This document shows, piece after piece, positions 36,563 through 46,140 of a stretch of 64,000 bases of DNA. Position 1 is the first letter of the stretch, and each line of letters begins with the position of its first letter. Origin of the DNA: a virus (lineage: Duplodnaviria > Caudoviricetes). The notes beneath the pieces were generated by a model. It had not been told where the DNA came from, searched no databases, and was given only the letters and a program-made list of their open reading frames with translations. The DNA lies in IMG/VR virus record IMGVR_UViG_3300021400_000034, positions 32,001-96,000 of that record. One strand, written 5' to 3'. The position numbers and the translations under genes are program-made.

Positions 36563-37166
36563 GTTTCCCGTGTCTGATCCACAGATGATGGTGCTACTTT
36601 CGAAGTACCCGTTCTTGAAGTACAACAAGTATGAAGAGCGAGAGAATATCGAGCACAACTGGTACAAGATCTGGGACGGTCACGGCTGGGAGAGACTGTG
36701 GAAGCTCTACTTCATGCCTAGGCTGTTCAAGCTCTACGACTCGTGGGACGACGAGAAGAAGTCTCAGTTCTACTTCGTCGACACGAAGAGCAAGTACGGC
36801 TCACTCAGGCTCTCGACTTCGTTCACTCTTCCAGACGACATGGAGTTTATCCTAGAGTGGATGTCTGAGTTCATCTGCGAGACCTGCGGCGCTGAGCCTA
36901 AGGACGAGGAAGGACATCACATCATCTACGAGACGAGCGGCTGGATCACACATCAGTGCGAGACATGTCTACGAAAGTATCTCAGCATAGCGTTCGAGGA
37001 CATCCCTGATGACTTGCAACCTAAGATGATCCAAGACATGAAGCGAGTGGCGCTCACGTTCGGGTACAAGCGGACGAGTCGTGATGGATCCGTAGAGAGG
37101 CGCTTCAAGTACAACAAAGATGACGATTGGCTCGTTTTAGACAGCGAAACCGTCGAAAAAGCTTAA
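36549..37166 (+). CDS. conserved phage protein with Cys pairs
   Basis: KSKYGSLR, ICETCG, GWI..CETC. Confidence 0.7.
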   Translation: MMEAKFPVSDPQMMVLLSKYPFLKYNKYEERENIEHNWYKIWDGHGWERLWKLYFMPRLFKLYDSWDDEKKSQFYFVDTKSKYGSLRLSTSFTLPDDMEFILEWMSEFICETCGAEPKDEEGHHIIYETSGWITHQCETCLRKYLSIAFEDIPDDLQPKMIQDMKRVALTFGYKRTSRDGSVERRFKYNKDDDWLVLDSETVEKA

Positions 37167-37187
37167 CTCAATAACCTCACATATAAC

Positions 37188-37215
37188 AAGAGAGCTGGGA
37201 TTCCAGCTCTCTTTC
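37188..37215 (+). terminator. intrinsic terminator
   Basis: aagagagctgg-gatt-ccagctctctt. Confidence 0.75.
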
Positions 37216-37221
37216 AGTGTG

Positions 37222-37229
37222 TATAAATA
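37222..37229 (+). promoter_or_regulatory. T4-type late promoter
   Basis: TATAAATA starting the fibre locus. Confidence 0.75.
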
Positions 37230-37257
37230 AACTAATGAATATACAAGGATTTGTGAG

Positions 37258-37863
37258 ATGATAGTAAGTGGTGGACAACTGATAGGCATAGATCACGTCG
37301 AGACTGATGGAGTAAGCATCCTAGGCGATGGCGTGCTAGAGCCGCTGAAGGTCAATCCTGATGCCATAGACTACTACTCTGCCGGTCCTGGTATCGCCTT
37401 GAACGATGGCGACTCTATCGAGATCGAGAACACTGACCACGTGTTCTACGAAAGCGGCTATTTCGACGTCGTGGATGACGAAATGAGCGCCTACATAGGT
37501 AACAACCGGTATATCAAGTTTGACGTCCCAGAACCGGTCAAAAAGCTCACTATCAAGGTGTTCAGGACTGAAGACGAGAGCACAGTCTCACGCTCGCAGT
37601 TCGAATTCACTAAGCTCGGCCCAGAGTCAGCCGAGCTCGACGATGTCACTGTTCTGAACGAAGACGACGTCGAGTGCCTCATGATGGCTCCTATGGACTG
37701 GCCTGGTCTAGTCACTTATCAGGGCACAGTCACTAACGACATTGCGACGATCATCGGCTATTCTCCGCTAGTTCCGGAAGGTCCTATCTTGTGCACGGAC
37801 GACGGAACGAACATAGTCACTAGCGATCGCCGGAAGATTCGATACAGGATCGTAGAAGATTAA
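37258..37863 (+). CDS. tail/fibre-associated structural protein
   Basis: SILGDG..EPLKV, YSAGPGI linker; FEFT...YQG.V.N module shared with 40812..45386. Confidence 0.6.
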   Translation: MIVSGGQLIGIDHVETDGVSILGDGVLEPLKVNPDAIDYYSAGPGIALNDGDSIEIENTDHVFYESGYFDVVDDEMSAYIGNNRYIKFDVPEPVKKLTIKVFRTEDESTVSRSQFEFTKLGPESAELDDVTVLNEDDVECLMMAPMDWPGLVTYQGTVTNDIATIIGYSPLVPEGPILCTDDGTNIVTSDRRKIRYRIVED

Positions 37864-37875
37864 GAGAGGGAAAAC

Positions 37876-39321
37876 ATGTCTGTAAAAACACACGTAAATG
37901 ACGACGAGAAAGAGATCCACGAGCTGCCAGAGGTTACAACCCTCCAGCCAGGAATGATGGTGGCTGTGGACAGCGAACCGACTGGTACCAAGAGTTTCAA
38001 TCTGACTACTGCGTTGGAAGGAAAGGCAAGCGCCGACGACATCAGTGCGCTGGAAAACGAACTTGCCGAGAAGGCGGACGCTTCCGAAGTGGAAGAATTG
38101 GCCACATCTGTCGCCAGCAAGGCAGATGCATCCGATATGACTACCGCGCTTGACGGAAAGGTTGACGCTCCGGCCACTACGCCAGCAGAAGGTCAAGTGC
38201 TGACATTTAATGGTTCCGCCAACACCTGGGCAAATCCGCCAGAGGGCGTCTACGTACTCAACTACACTGAAGTATCCGACTTGAATGATATTGATGTCAA
38301 TAGAGTGAAGACTCAGCCGACATTCATGAAAGTCGATACGGATATTACCGTGTCCATTCCTACATCTGGATCACCTTACACGGTATCAGTGCAGCAAGGA
38401 ACTCTCATGACCATTGATGAAATTGGCTCAGAAGGAACAACTGGTTCTTATACCGGTCCAAGCTTCATCTCATTCTATTGCAATAACGGAAAGAATGTTG
38501 GCGGCGGTATTATGCAAAATGCCGACTTGAAAATTCTGTGTATGGTATCGCTCAGCTCATTTGGCGGAGTTACAAAAACATGGGGAGCAAATGGATTTTT
38601 AAATAGTGATGGTGCATTGCTCAGAACTATGCCAGCACCAGTTACGTTTAAATGCACAAATAGTAGAGGTCCTGGTGAAGTTTCTGTTACTACAAATCAT
38701 GCACTAAAAGTAGAAATTCAATCACTCGGGCAGATACGCACACAATCACTTCTTCCAGCCGAGATAGAGACTCACGACTTCTCTACTGACGAGACTCCGG
38801 AGCTGATTCAGTTCATGGGCTGGGGAGCCACATCTAACCGTGCTGGTTATAAGACGATCAATGAAGTTCCGACATCGACTGCTGGAGATTCTGGAAAGGT
38901 ACTCACGGTAGCAGCCAACGGCACACCAGTTTGGGGAAACGGAACACCTCCAGTTACATTATACCATCATTGGGAAAAAGTAAATGGCGATTATGATGAT
39001 AACACCGAGTATTTGGACTTTGATGTGAGTTCTAGCGGTATAAAATCTGCCATCGTGGTAATACAAATGTCAATGAATGCCGGCAAGTATGTATTTTTCA
39101 ATGTTGAAGGGATAAATATGTCCAATTCAACATTTGGTGGTACAGAAAACTATGCGCATAATAATTCTGACTTTAACGGAATTAAACCTTCCGTTACAAA
39201 TATAATGGATTACCAGTATAGTGGAATTAAGGCGATTCGCATAAAGCACCATGGTTCTCAGCAACATAAATTTTCAACCGAAACATCTGGAATCGATATA
39301 AAAGTAATTGGGTTTAAGTAA
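37876..39321 (+). CDS. tail fibre-like protein
   Basis: KADAS repeats, GQVLTF..W and SGKVLTV..GTPVW fibre knots; AT-richer distal modules. Confidence 0.65.
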   Translation: MSVKTHVNDDEKEIHELPEVTTLQPGMMVAVDSEPTGTKSFNLTTALEGKASADDISALENELAEKADASEVEELATSVASKADASDMTTALDGKVDAPATTPAEGQVLTFNGSANTWANPPEGVYVLNYTEVSDLNDIDVNRVKTQPTFMKVDTDITVSIPTSGSPYTVSVQQGTLMTIDEIGSEGTTGSYTGPSFISFYCNNGKNVGGGIMQNADLKILCMVSLSSFGGVTKTWGANGFLNSDGALLRTMPAPVTFKCTNSRGPGEVSVTTNHALKVEIQSLGQIRTQSLLPAEIETHDFSTDETPELIQFMGWGATSNRAGYKTINEVPTSTAGDSGKVLTVAANGTPVWGNGTPPVTLYHHWEKVNGDYDDNTEYLDFDVSSSGIKSAIVVIQMSMNAGKYVFFNVEGINMSNSTFGGTENYAHNNSDFNGIKPSVTNIMDYQYSGIKAIRIKHHGSQQHKFSTETSGIDIKVIGFK

Positions 39322-39361
39322 TCGCATTGATGCTTAATGTTCAATAACGTCATCTACCGTT

Positions 39362-39389
39362 AAACGACCACCCTTGGTGGTCGTTTTTT
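39362..39389 (+). terminator. intrinsic terminator
   Basis: aaacgaccacc-ctt-ggtggtcgttt plus T-run. Confidence 0.8.
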
Positions 39390-39468
39390 GCATCATAGCT
39401 GAACTACAAATATATAAACTACGAGAAACGGGTTTCCGCCACGTAGACCTATATACAAGGATGATATT

Positions 39469-39840
39469 ATGAGCAAGAAGATTCGCCTGGGTTACGACAT
39501 TCTATCCAAGAGAGCCATCTAGACTGAGTCTGGTGTCAACATTGACGATGCACTCAAGAAGATTACTAGCTATAAGAAAGTTCCCGGTACCGGTGAGGAC
39601 AATCATCCGAACGAACCTCGTCACAGTACCAAGGTCATTTATTTCGTCAAGGTGGACGGTGCAAGCACGCCAGACATTTACAAGGAATGGATATGGAACC
39701 AGCCAGCAGACAGCATATTTACTGATAATGCAGAATTTCTACTCTTCCCTAAAGAGTATAACAATATACTCACAAAGAATACGCATCAAAAATGTGCATG
39801 CTCACTGCGTCTAGTAAACACGACGGCTACTGAAGAGTAG
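39469..39840 (+). pseudogene. collapsed fibre gene remnant with in-frame TAG
   Basis: MSKKIRLGYDILSKRAI*TESGVNIDDALK matches the N-terminus of 40812 (TAG at 39520 where the paralog has GAG); ends CSLRLV like the Fib_succ_major ends. Confidence 0.8.
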
Positions 39841-40744
39841 CTGACATGAAGCCAGTTACGAGACCAGTGATCACGCCGACTATGTACAGTGTGAATCCGA
39901 CGATCATTCCTGCATAGACGGCGTTCTTGATCTTCTTGGACTTCTCTAGCAGTCTCATTCGGTCCATGATCAGATGTCTTCCTTTGACGTGGTCGAACAG
40001 TCCGTCAGTTCTCTCATGAGCTAGATGAACGATCGGCGCATCTGTGAAGATGTCGATCTTTAGTCCAGCGTAGAGCGAGTCTATCCCCATAGCGACATCT
40101 TCGTATCCCCAAGATCCGTCGAACGTTTCGGTGTCGAACAGCTCTCTGCGACCGTATGTCTTCTCCATGAAGTCTAGATGCTTCTCGAGCCCCTTTCGAG
40201 TGATAGCGAAGCTGCAGCTCCAACCGATCATCCCAGTCAGCATCAGATCTAGCTTTGAGTTGAAGTCGATCGACTTTTTCCAAGCTTCGATGGCGCCAGA
40301 CTCCTCACGGAGGTCGGTCGTCTTGAGCTTCTCTCCAGCCCACATGCGATCCATGTTAGACGTCAGATAGTCAGACGGAGCCTTCTTGAGCTTAGACTTC
40401 GGCATCTCGTGAATGCGTGTACCGAACACTAAGTCGAAATTCTCTAGCTCGTCCTCGTACCTCTGGATGAACGTGCTGCTCTTCGGGTATGAGTCTCCGT
40501 CGATGAAGATGATCGCATCGCACTCAGAGTCTAGGAATTCACGGATGACGGAGTTTCTGTTCTTGCAGCGTCCTGAGCCTTCTTCGTTGTTTATGGCTAT
40601 TACTCCTTCTGATTCTTCAAAAGGCTTCCCGTCTGAGCAAACGAAGACCTGGTCTGGCGCTTGTGTCTGTCTCTTGAGCTTCTTGAGTGTGCTCTCGATT
40701 ATTCTATTTTGATCGTGATTAGTGATGCAGAGTGCTATCTTCAT
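39827..40744 (-). CDS. glycosyltransferase family 2 with C-terminal TM helix
   Basis: MKIALCIT..VCSDG..RN..IFIDGD..WGYED..HLAH. Confidence 0.85.
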   Translation of the reverse strand: MKIALCITNHDQNRIIESTLKKLKRQTQAPDQVFVCSDGKPFEESEGVIAINNEEGSGRCKNRNSVIREFLDSECDAIIFIDGDSYPKSSTFIQRYEDELENFDLVFGTRIHEMPKSKLKKAPSDYLTSNMDRMWAGEKLKTTDLREESGAIEAWKKSIDFNSKLDLMLTGMIGWSCSFAITRKGLEKHLDFMEKTYGRRELFDTETFDGSWGYEDVAMGIDSLYAGLKIDIFTDAPIVHLAHERTDGLFDHVKGRHLIMDRMRLLEKSKKIKNAVYAGMIVGFTLYIVGVITGLVTGFMSATLQ

Positions 40745-40748
40745 ATTG

Positions 40749-40774
40749 TATTTATCGTCGCAAGAGTATAAATA
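40749..40774. promoter_or_regulatory. back-to-back late promoters
   Basis: GATAAATA on the minus strand (40749-40756) and TATAAATA on the plus strand (40767-40774). Confidence 0.6.
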
Positions 40775-40811
40775 AAAGGAAAGATTATGCACTTCTGCAA
40801 GGATTTGACCA

Positions 40812-43800
40812 ATGGCTAGAAAGATACGACTAGGATACGACATTCTATCTAAGAGAGCGATCGAGACTGAGTCTGGAATAAACATCGACGAAGCGTTGAA
40901 GCGCAAGGGTCAACAGATAATCGATCTCGGAGATCAGCTAACTAATATCGAGGGAGATATCGTAAACGTCTTGTCTAACTTCGAAGGGATCTATCTAGAT
41001 CCGGAACTCGGAGATGACGATAATGACGGCCTGACGAAGAACACTGCAGTCAAGACGATCTCTGGAGCAATTGAGGCATTCAAGAACGCTAGAGAGACTA
41101 ATCCTAATCTGAGAAGACTAAAAGTATTTGTAACGACAGACTATCAAGGAACTCCGCTACAGGCACCTTTGAATGAAGAGATGGCGTCTATTGCTGGATA
41201 TAGCGATGGACTATATCTGTACGGAAAGGGAATAAGACTAGATAATAATGTTACAGCAGAACCTGCCATCATTCAGTACCATGTCAAGATCGTAGCAGAG
41301 AATGTAGGACTATTCATTACTAGATCGAACGATATTTCAGATTTTGATCTCAATGTCGAATGCGTAAATTTTGAAGGGTATTGCTGGAATAAGGGATCAA
41401 TCAAGATAGATGCAGCTAAGTACATTCAGATATCGACTAATTCTGGAGCTGAGCTTGGTGGTAAACTGCCATCACTAAAGCTGAACTGCGAAGGAACTAT
41501 AGACCTATATGGTTCTGCTTACTATTCATCTGTCGACATCTGCTGTAAAGGAGATATACGAAGCTATCAGAGTATCACTTCGACTGGCAATGTGAAGATT
41601 AGATCCTTAGAAGGATCACTAATATGCAATTACCCTATATTTGCATACGATCCGACAACTACTCCAACTACTTATTACGATGTAGAGATAGATGTCTGCT
41701 ATGGTGTAAGACAGACAACTTCGCTCTACTGCAAAGATCTCACAATAAACGCCGGAAAAGAGATCTCAAGGAATCCTTCAGACAACGATGTCAACATCGC
41801 TGGAAGCAACTACATCTACGGAAATGCAAAGATCAAGTGCACTAACTTCGTTCCTGGTGGCGGCGCTCATCAGTACTATGGAGATGTATATGTCGAAGCC
41901 GATATGATAAACCTAAGCAACGCTGGTGGATTCTATCTGCACAAGAAGGCCGAGTTCATATCGAACAGCTACTTTGAAGGATCCTCTGGAACAATGTACG
42001 TGAATAATCTCTATGTCAAGGCGACTGGAAATGAGCCTATCTGCGCCAATAGCGTGAAGAGATACAGCACGATGTATTCATTGTACCCATATCGAGAGAA
42101 CGGAGAAGTCACAGACAAGAACTCTTCTTATGTATTCGATATGGGTAATTCCGACTTCAAGTTCATGTATTCCACAATTCAGAACTACTTCGCTGACGTC
42201 AAGATAATCTCAGACGGAAAAGTAGAGATAGGTACTGGAAGCAGTGAATCTTGGATGAAGAAGATTTCGATAAAGGCTAAGGAACTTAAACTTGGCGCAG
42301 TGCTTCATACTGGATTTTTCGATATAGATGTAGACGGCATGATAGAGCAGATAAATCCTGGTTGCTACATCGTTATGGAGAAACAGTCTTCTAGCTCTAC
42401 AGACGAGATCAGCTATGATCTTCAGAGCAACAACTTCCTGAAGTGTGGATCTCTATACTGCTCTCTTTACTACACTTCTGACGGTTGTGGCTTAATTCAG
42501 CCATACTACGGAGATTCACACAAGAACATCGACATTCAAGTCGGAATGATATTGTCTCCGTATTACAATGGATCCGGTTGTCATACGCCTTTCGTTCTCG
42601 GTACTTGCAGAAGCGGATCTCATACATTCAATTCTACTATCTCTGGCCATGTCGGAGGATATGTCGGATATAGCTCTTCGATGAAAGTTAGCACATGGAA
42701 CCATGACGTCAGATATATTCCTTCATCATACGGTTCTACGATAGTTGACGGAGATCCTTATTCTAGCAATAACACTGGCGGAGTCATAACACTGAAATTT
42801 GACGATGTCCATGAGACAAATCACTTCTGGTTTGACCCAGACCAAGGCGATGACACTCTTGACGGCTGCACGAGACAGACGGCTGTTAAGACAGTGACTG
42901 CGCTTGTAAACGTGATGATGAGGAAGACAAACGGAACATATTATTCTTCCGACAACTACTTCTACATATCGCAGCCAGTATCTATACACATACTGTCAGT
43001 TCAGTCAGGCAGTCATTACAACTGTAGGTACTTCAGTGGAGCTGACGACGCATACAGCCTTTCGGACTTCATGTACAATGGCGGAAATTTGATCGGATTG
43101 AATTTCGATAGAGTAGATGGTCATAGTGGGTGCAGAGTCTCGTTTGGTATGCTTGAGTTCATTCCGGAAGCGCCTGACATGTCGCTATACGCGAAGGCTT
43201 TCAATGCAAGCGTCCTAATCGCTAAGGGATTCTACAATGTAGGTCTATGCGGATATGGAAGCGGCGGCATAAACTACATAGAAGCTAGCGGATCTGTCGG
43301 CATAAACAACTCACAGTATTATGGAGGTTATTCATACTACTCAAATAGACTCGGTCCGATCAGCATCAAAGCCAGAGACATAGTTCTATACGGCTGGTTC
43401 AACTCCTTGACGGCCAAGGCAGAAAATCGAGTAGTTATCTATGACTCTTATGGCGGCTCGAGTGAAAGCGATGGTAACTGCTGTCTAAGCGGTATAACTA
43501 CAATAGAAGGTGCAGCGATAGATCTAGGAGTAGGGTTCGGTTATTATTCCGGAAACGATTACTATGAGACACTTTATAAGATAGGAATCAATGGCATTGC
43601 TTATATAAAGTCTACAGGTTCTATTAACTGTTATGTTGACTCCTTCTATGATGCAGTGGCCTACATAGAAGCTGCTGACAACATTTCTGGTGGACTCGGA
43701 GATGGATTCTTTAGAGGTAGACTGCATATTCAGTGCAATAACTGCTATCTAGGATACGGAACTGCTTATGGAAGTTCGTATTACAGTTTCAGTACTTATA

Positions 43801-45386
43801 TCGCTGCTGATAGGGGCGGTGCTGGAATAATCGATATTCGAGCCAGAGAGCAGATTACTGCCTCTGGCTGGGGAACAAATGGTGGTAACGAAAACTACTT
43901 ATATGGCGTCAACCTATATCTTACTGCTCCTCTAGTAGCTGGATCTACCTCACTATACATATATGGAAATAACGGAAGCGGAAAGATTCTCATTGATGCT
44001 GATGAGCTATATATGGGAATCAAGCCTTACTACTACAACTACATATTCATCAAGTCGCAGCACTACGCTTCTCCGTTCAGATTATACAGTGGAGGTCCTT
44101 GGACTGATTCAGGCAACAATACTACTTTCATCAATCTAGACATCGGAAAGATGCGTAGCAGTATAGAGATTCCGAGAAGTATAGACGCTAGCAACACTAG
44201 GACTTATGAAATTACTGGCCGAATAGGCTTGATAAATGCTAAAGTGCTCAGCTGGTGGGACACTTCAGTAGACCCAGAAAATCCTCCAACACTAAGTAGG
44301 GTAGCTTACAAGTTCTCTATCGTTGTCGCACACTCGACGATCGAAGGACATGGAGTGGATAAGACCGGATGGATTCCTGATGACTCTGGAACAGTCATAG
44401 TACTGAACGACAACAAGCAGCTAGTCGCTGGTAAGGGAATCACTATCTCCGACACTGGAGATCAGATTGTTATCGCTGCTAAGAATACGGGTTCAACCGA
44501 GATGGTCGAGATCCCAGTCATCTTGGATTCGATGGATCCTACGCAGTGCAGCGCTAGCTTGGTTCTCAATAAGTACAACGTCATCACTGGCTTGGATGAC
44601 AGCATCACGGATATGAGCATCTTGGTTCCTGAACCTGCGTCTCATAGTCTCCGCGAAGTCGGATTCGAGTTCACTCCAGAGAGCGGAACTTGCCTATCAG
44701 GCGTGAACTTCTACTCTGAGAACGGAAGTCCTTTCTATGACATCTCTCCGGAGGAATACTTCTACGGATGTGTCTATCAGGGCGCTGTCATCAACCGCTG
44801 TGTCACTCTCGTCGAGTATGGCGATCCAGTTGAGCCTGATCCGCAAGGATTGGTTATTGACGGCAGGACTTACAGGACTGTGACCATGCCTGACGGTAAT
44901 GAGTGGATGGCTGAAAACCTGGCTGCGTCCAGTTTCGGCGGCGTATGCTACAACAACGGTACTGACGACAGTTACGGTCTATATTATTCCATCGAGGAAG
45001 TCGCAAACATATCAGTACCGGGATGGCACGTAGCTACACTTGACGAATGGAATGGCCTAGCAGAAAGTGTCAACTCTGATTACGCAAAACTGGCAAGTAC
45101 TGACGAATGGGGATTTCCAGACACGGGTGTAACTATACACGGTACTGACGACTACGGATTTACTTTATGCCCGTATGGATGTGGGTATAGCAATACGGAT
45201 CAGTCGCTTATGTGGGATCCCATTGGGTCGTTCGGAGTAATGTGGTTATCTAACGGAGACAAAATAGGTGCCGTTGGGATATTTGTAAATCCGGAAACTT
45301 CAGAATTTGCCGATTCAACGCAGACAGAAACTCCTAGTGGAGAGGTATATCTGCAGAACGTACGACTTGTCAAGGACAAGCAATAA
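40812..45386 (+). CDS. large tailspike/adhesin: two beta-helix-like regions plus C-terminal Fib_succ_major-like domain
   Basis: Two DP..GDD..DG....AVKT caps; G/Y/S/N-rich repeats; IDGRTYRTV..WMAENL..GWHV..EW..GTDDYGF..VRLVKD. Confidence 0.7.
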   Translation: MARKIRLGYDILSKRAIETESGINIDEALKRKGQQIIDLGDQLTNIEGDIVNVLSNFEGIYLDPELGDDDNDGLTKNTAVKTISGAIEAFKNARETNPNLRRLKVFVTTDYQGTPLQAPLNEEMASIAGYSDGLYLYGKGIRLDNNVTAEPAIIQYHVKIVAENVGLFITRSNDISDFDLNVECVNFEGYCWNKGSIKIDAAKYIQISTNSGAELGGKLPSLKLNCEGTIDLYGSAYYSSVDICCKGDIRSYQSITSTGNVKIRSLEGSLICNYPIFAYDPTTTPTTYYDVEIDVCYGVRQTTSLYCKDLTINAGKEISRNPSDNDVNIAGSNYIYGNAKIKCTNFVPGGGAHQYYGDVYVEADMINLSNAGGFYLHKKAEFISNSYFEGSSGTMYVNNLYVKATGNEPICANSVKRYSTMYSLYPYRENGEVTDKNSSYVFDMGNSDFKFMYSTIQNYFADVKIISDGKVEIGTGSSESWMKKISIKAKELKLGAVLHTGFFDIDVDGMIEQINPGCYIVMEKQSSSSTDEISYDLQSNNFLKCGSLYCSLYYTSDGCGLIQPYYGDSHKNIDIQVGMILSPYYNGSGCHTPFVLGTCRSGSHTFNSTISGHVGGYVGYSSSMKVSTWNHDVRYIPSSYGSTIVDGDPYSSNNTGGVITLKFDDVHETNHFWFDPDQGDDTLDGCTRQTAVKTVTALVNVMMRKTNGTYYSSDNYFYISQPVSIHILSVQSGSHYNCRYFSGADDAYSLSDFMYNGGNLIGLNFDRVDGHSGCRVSFGMLEFIPEAPDMSLYAKAFNASVLIAKGFYNVGLCGYGSGGINYIEASGSVGINNSQYYGGYSYYSNRLGPISIKARDIVLYGWFNSLTAKAENRVVIYDSYGGSSESDGNCCLSGITTIEGAAIDLGVGFGYYSGNDYYETLYKIGINGIAYIKSTGSINCYVDSFYDAVAYIEAADNISGGLGDGFFRGRLHIQCNNCYLGYGTAYGSSYYSFSTYIAADRGGAGIIDIRAREQITASGWGTNGGNENYLYGVNLYLTAPLVAGSTSLYIYGNNGSGKILIDADELYMGIKPYYYNYIFIKSQHYASPFRLYSGGPWTDSGNNTTFINLDIGKMRSSIEIPRSIDASNTRTYEITGRIGLINAKVLSWWDTSVDPENPPTLSRVAYKFSIVVAHSTIEGHGVDKTGWIPDDSGTVIVLNDNKQLVAGKGITISDTGDQIVIAAKNTGSTEMVEIPVILDSMDPTQCSASLVLNKYNVITGLDDSITDMSILVPEPASHSLREVGFEFTPESGTCLSGVNFYSENGSPFYDISPEEYFYGCVYQGAVINRCVTLVEYGDPVEPDPQGLVIDGRTYRTVTMPDGNEWMAENLAASSFGGVCYNNGTDDSYGLYYSIEEVANISVPGWHVATLDEWNGLAESVNSDYAKLASTDEWGFPDTGVTIHGTDDYGFTLCPYGCGYSNTDQSLMWDPIGSFGVMWLSNGDKIGAVGIFVNPETSEFADSTQTETPSGEVYLQNVRLVKDKQ

Positions 45387-45394
45387 ATTTAAAA

Positions 45395-45808
45395 ATGGAG
45401 AAACTCATGAACAACGAAGAATTCAAGAACAAAGTTAGAACGATTCTCGGAGAAGCTAGAATCCTGATCGCAGAAGACGAGTCAGTATTCTCGACAGCGA
45501 AGATCATTCAGAACGAGGCTGATGATTCTCTGATGCTAGTAACACCTGATCGATCAGCGTGGATCTGGCTGGGAACTATGATGCCAGATTCGGAATTCAC
45601 ATCAGAGATAAAGAGATTTATCGAAGTCTTCAGAGACTATGTTCAGAATAGTGTGAAGACCTCTGTCGAGATCAATCCTAACGTCTCTGTCAAGGAATAT
45701 CTCGAGAGTCTAGCGAAGATGTTCGGCGGCAAGGCTCCTACGATGAAGATCGGAACGGCTAAGCTTTCTGATCTCGTAAACGAAGCTATGACTCCAGCCA
45801 ACGGGTAA
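45395..45808 (+). CDS. hypothetical protein
   Basis: 137 aa ORF. Confidence 0.65.
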   Translation: MEKLMNNEEFKNKVRTILGEARILIAEDESVFSTAKIIQNEADDSLMLVTPDRSAWIWLGTMMPDSEFTSEIKRFIEVFRDYVQNSVKTSVEINPNVSVKEYLESLAKMFGGKAPTMKIGTAKLSDLVNEAMTPANG

Positions 45809-45848
45809 TATGTGATGATGAAGGTAACTGAATAGTCTAGGAGACAGC

Positions 45849-46123
45849 ATGGCACTGATCAAGCGCTTAGATTCATTCGTAACTTTTGGCAATTCTCTGG
45901 TTCAATACTCTGGAGCTATCGTTCCTCCTGAACCTCCGGAGGAAAACTATTACCAGCTGACCAACAGAAGCTCAAGCCAGGCTACACTCACAATAACGTC
46001 AGGCACAAAGGGCTCAACAATACCATAAACCATAGCTCGACATTTTATAAGTGCGGAATCAACACAGAAAGTGGTGCTGCGGAACTTGCACAAATACTAG
46101 ATGACTGGAAACGTGCATATTAA
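45849..46123 (+). pseudogene. collapsed, frameshifted adhesin gene remnant
   Basis: PPEPPEENYYQLTNR (like PVPPSNNYFMFTNR of 46141) to TAA 46028, then in a shifted frame NHSSTFYKCGINTESGAAELAQILDDWK (like the H..TF...IP..W module ends). Confidence 0.7.
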
Positions 46124-46140
46124 ACGAGAGTAAATAATAT

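Noticed and set aside
39520-39522. TAG stop-codon reassignment
   Set aside because: TAG ends many well-bounded genes (2937, 6444, 8477, 11362, 19034, 23201) and long genes are not interrupted; a single GAG to TAG change is simpler
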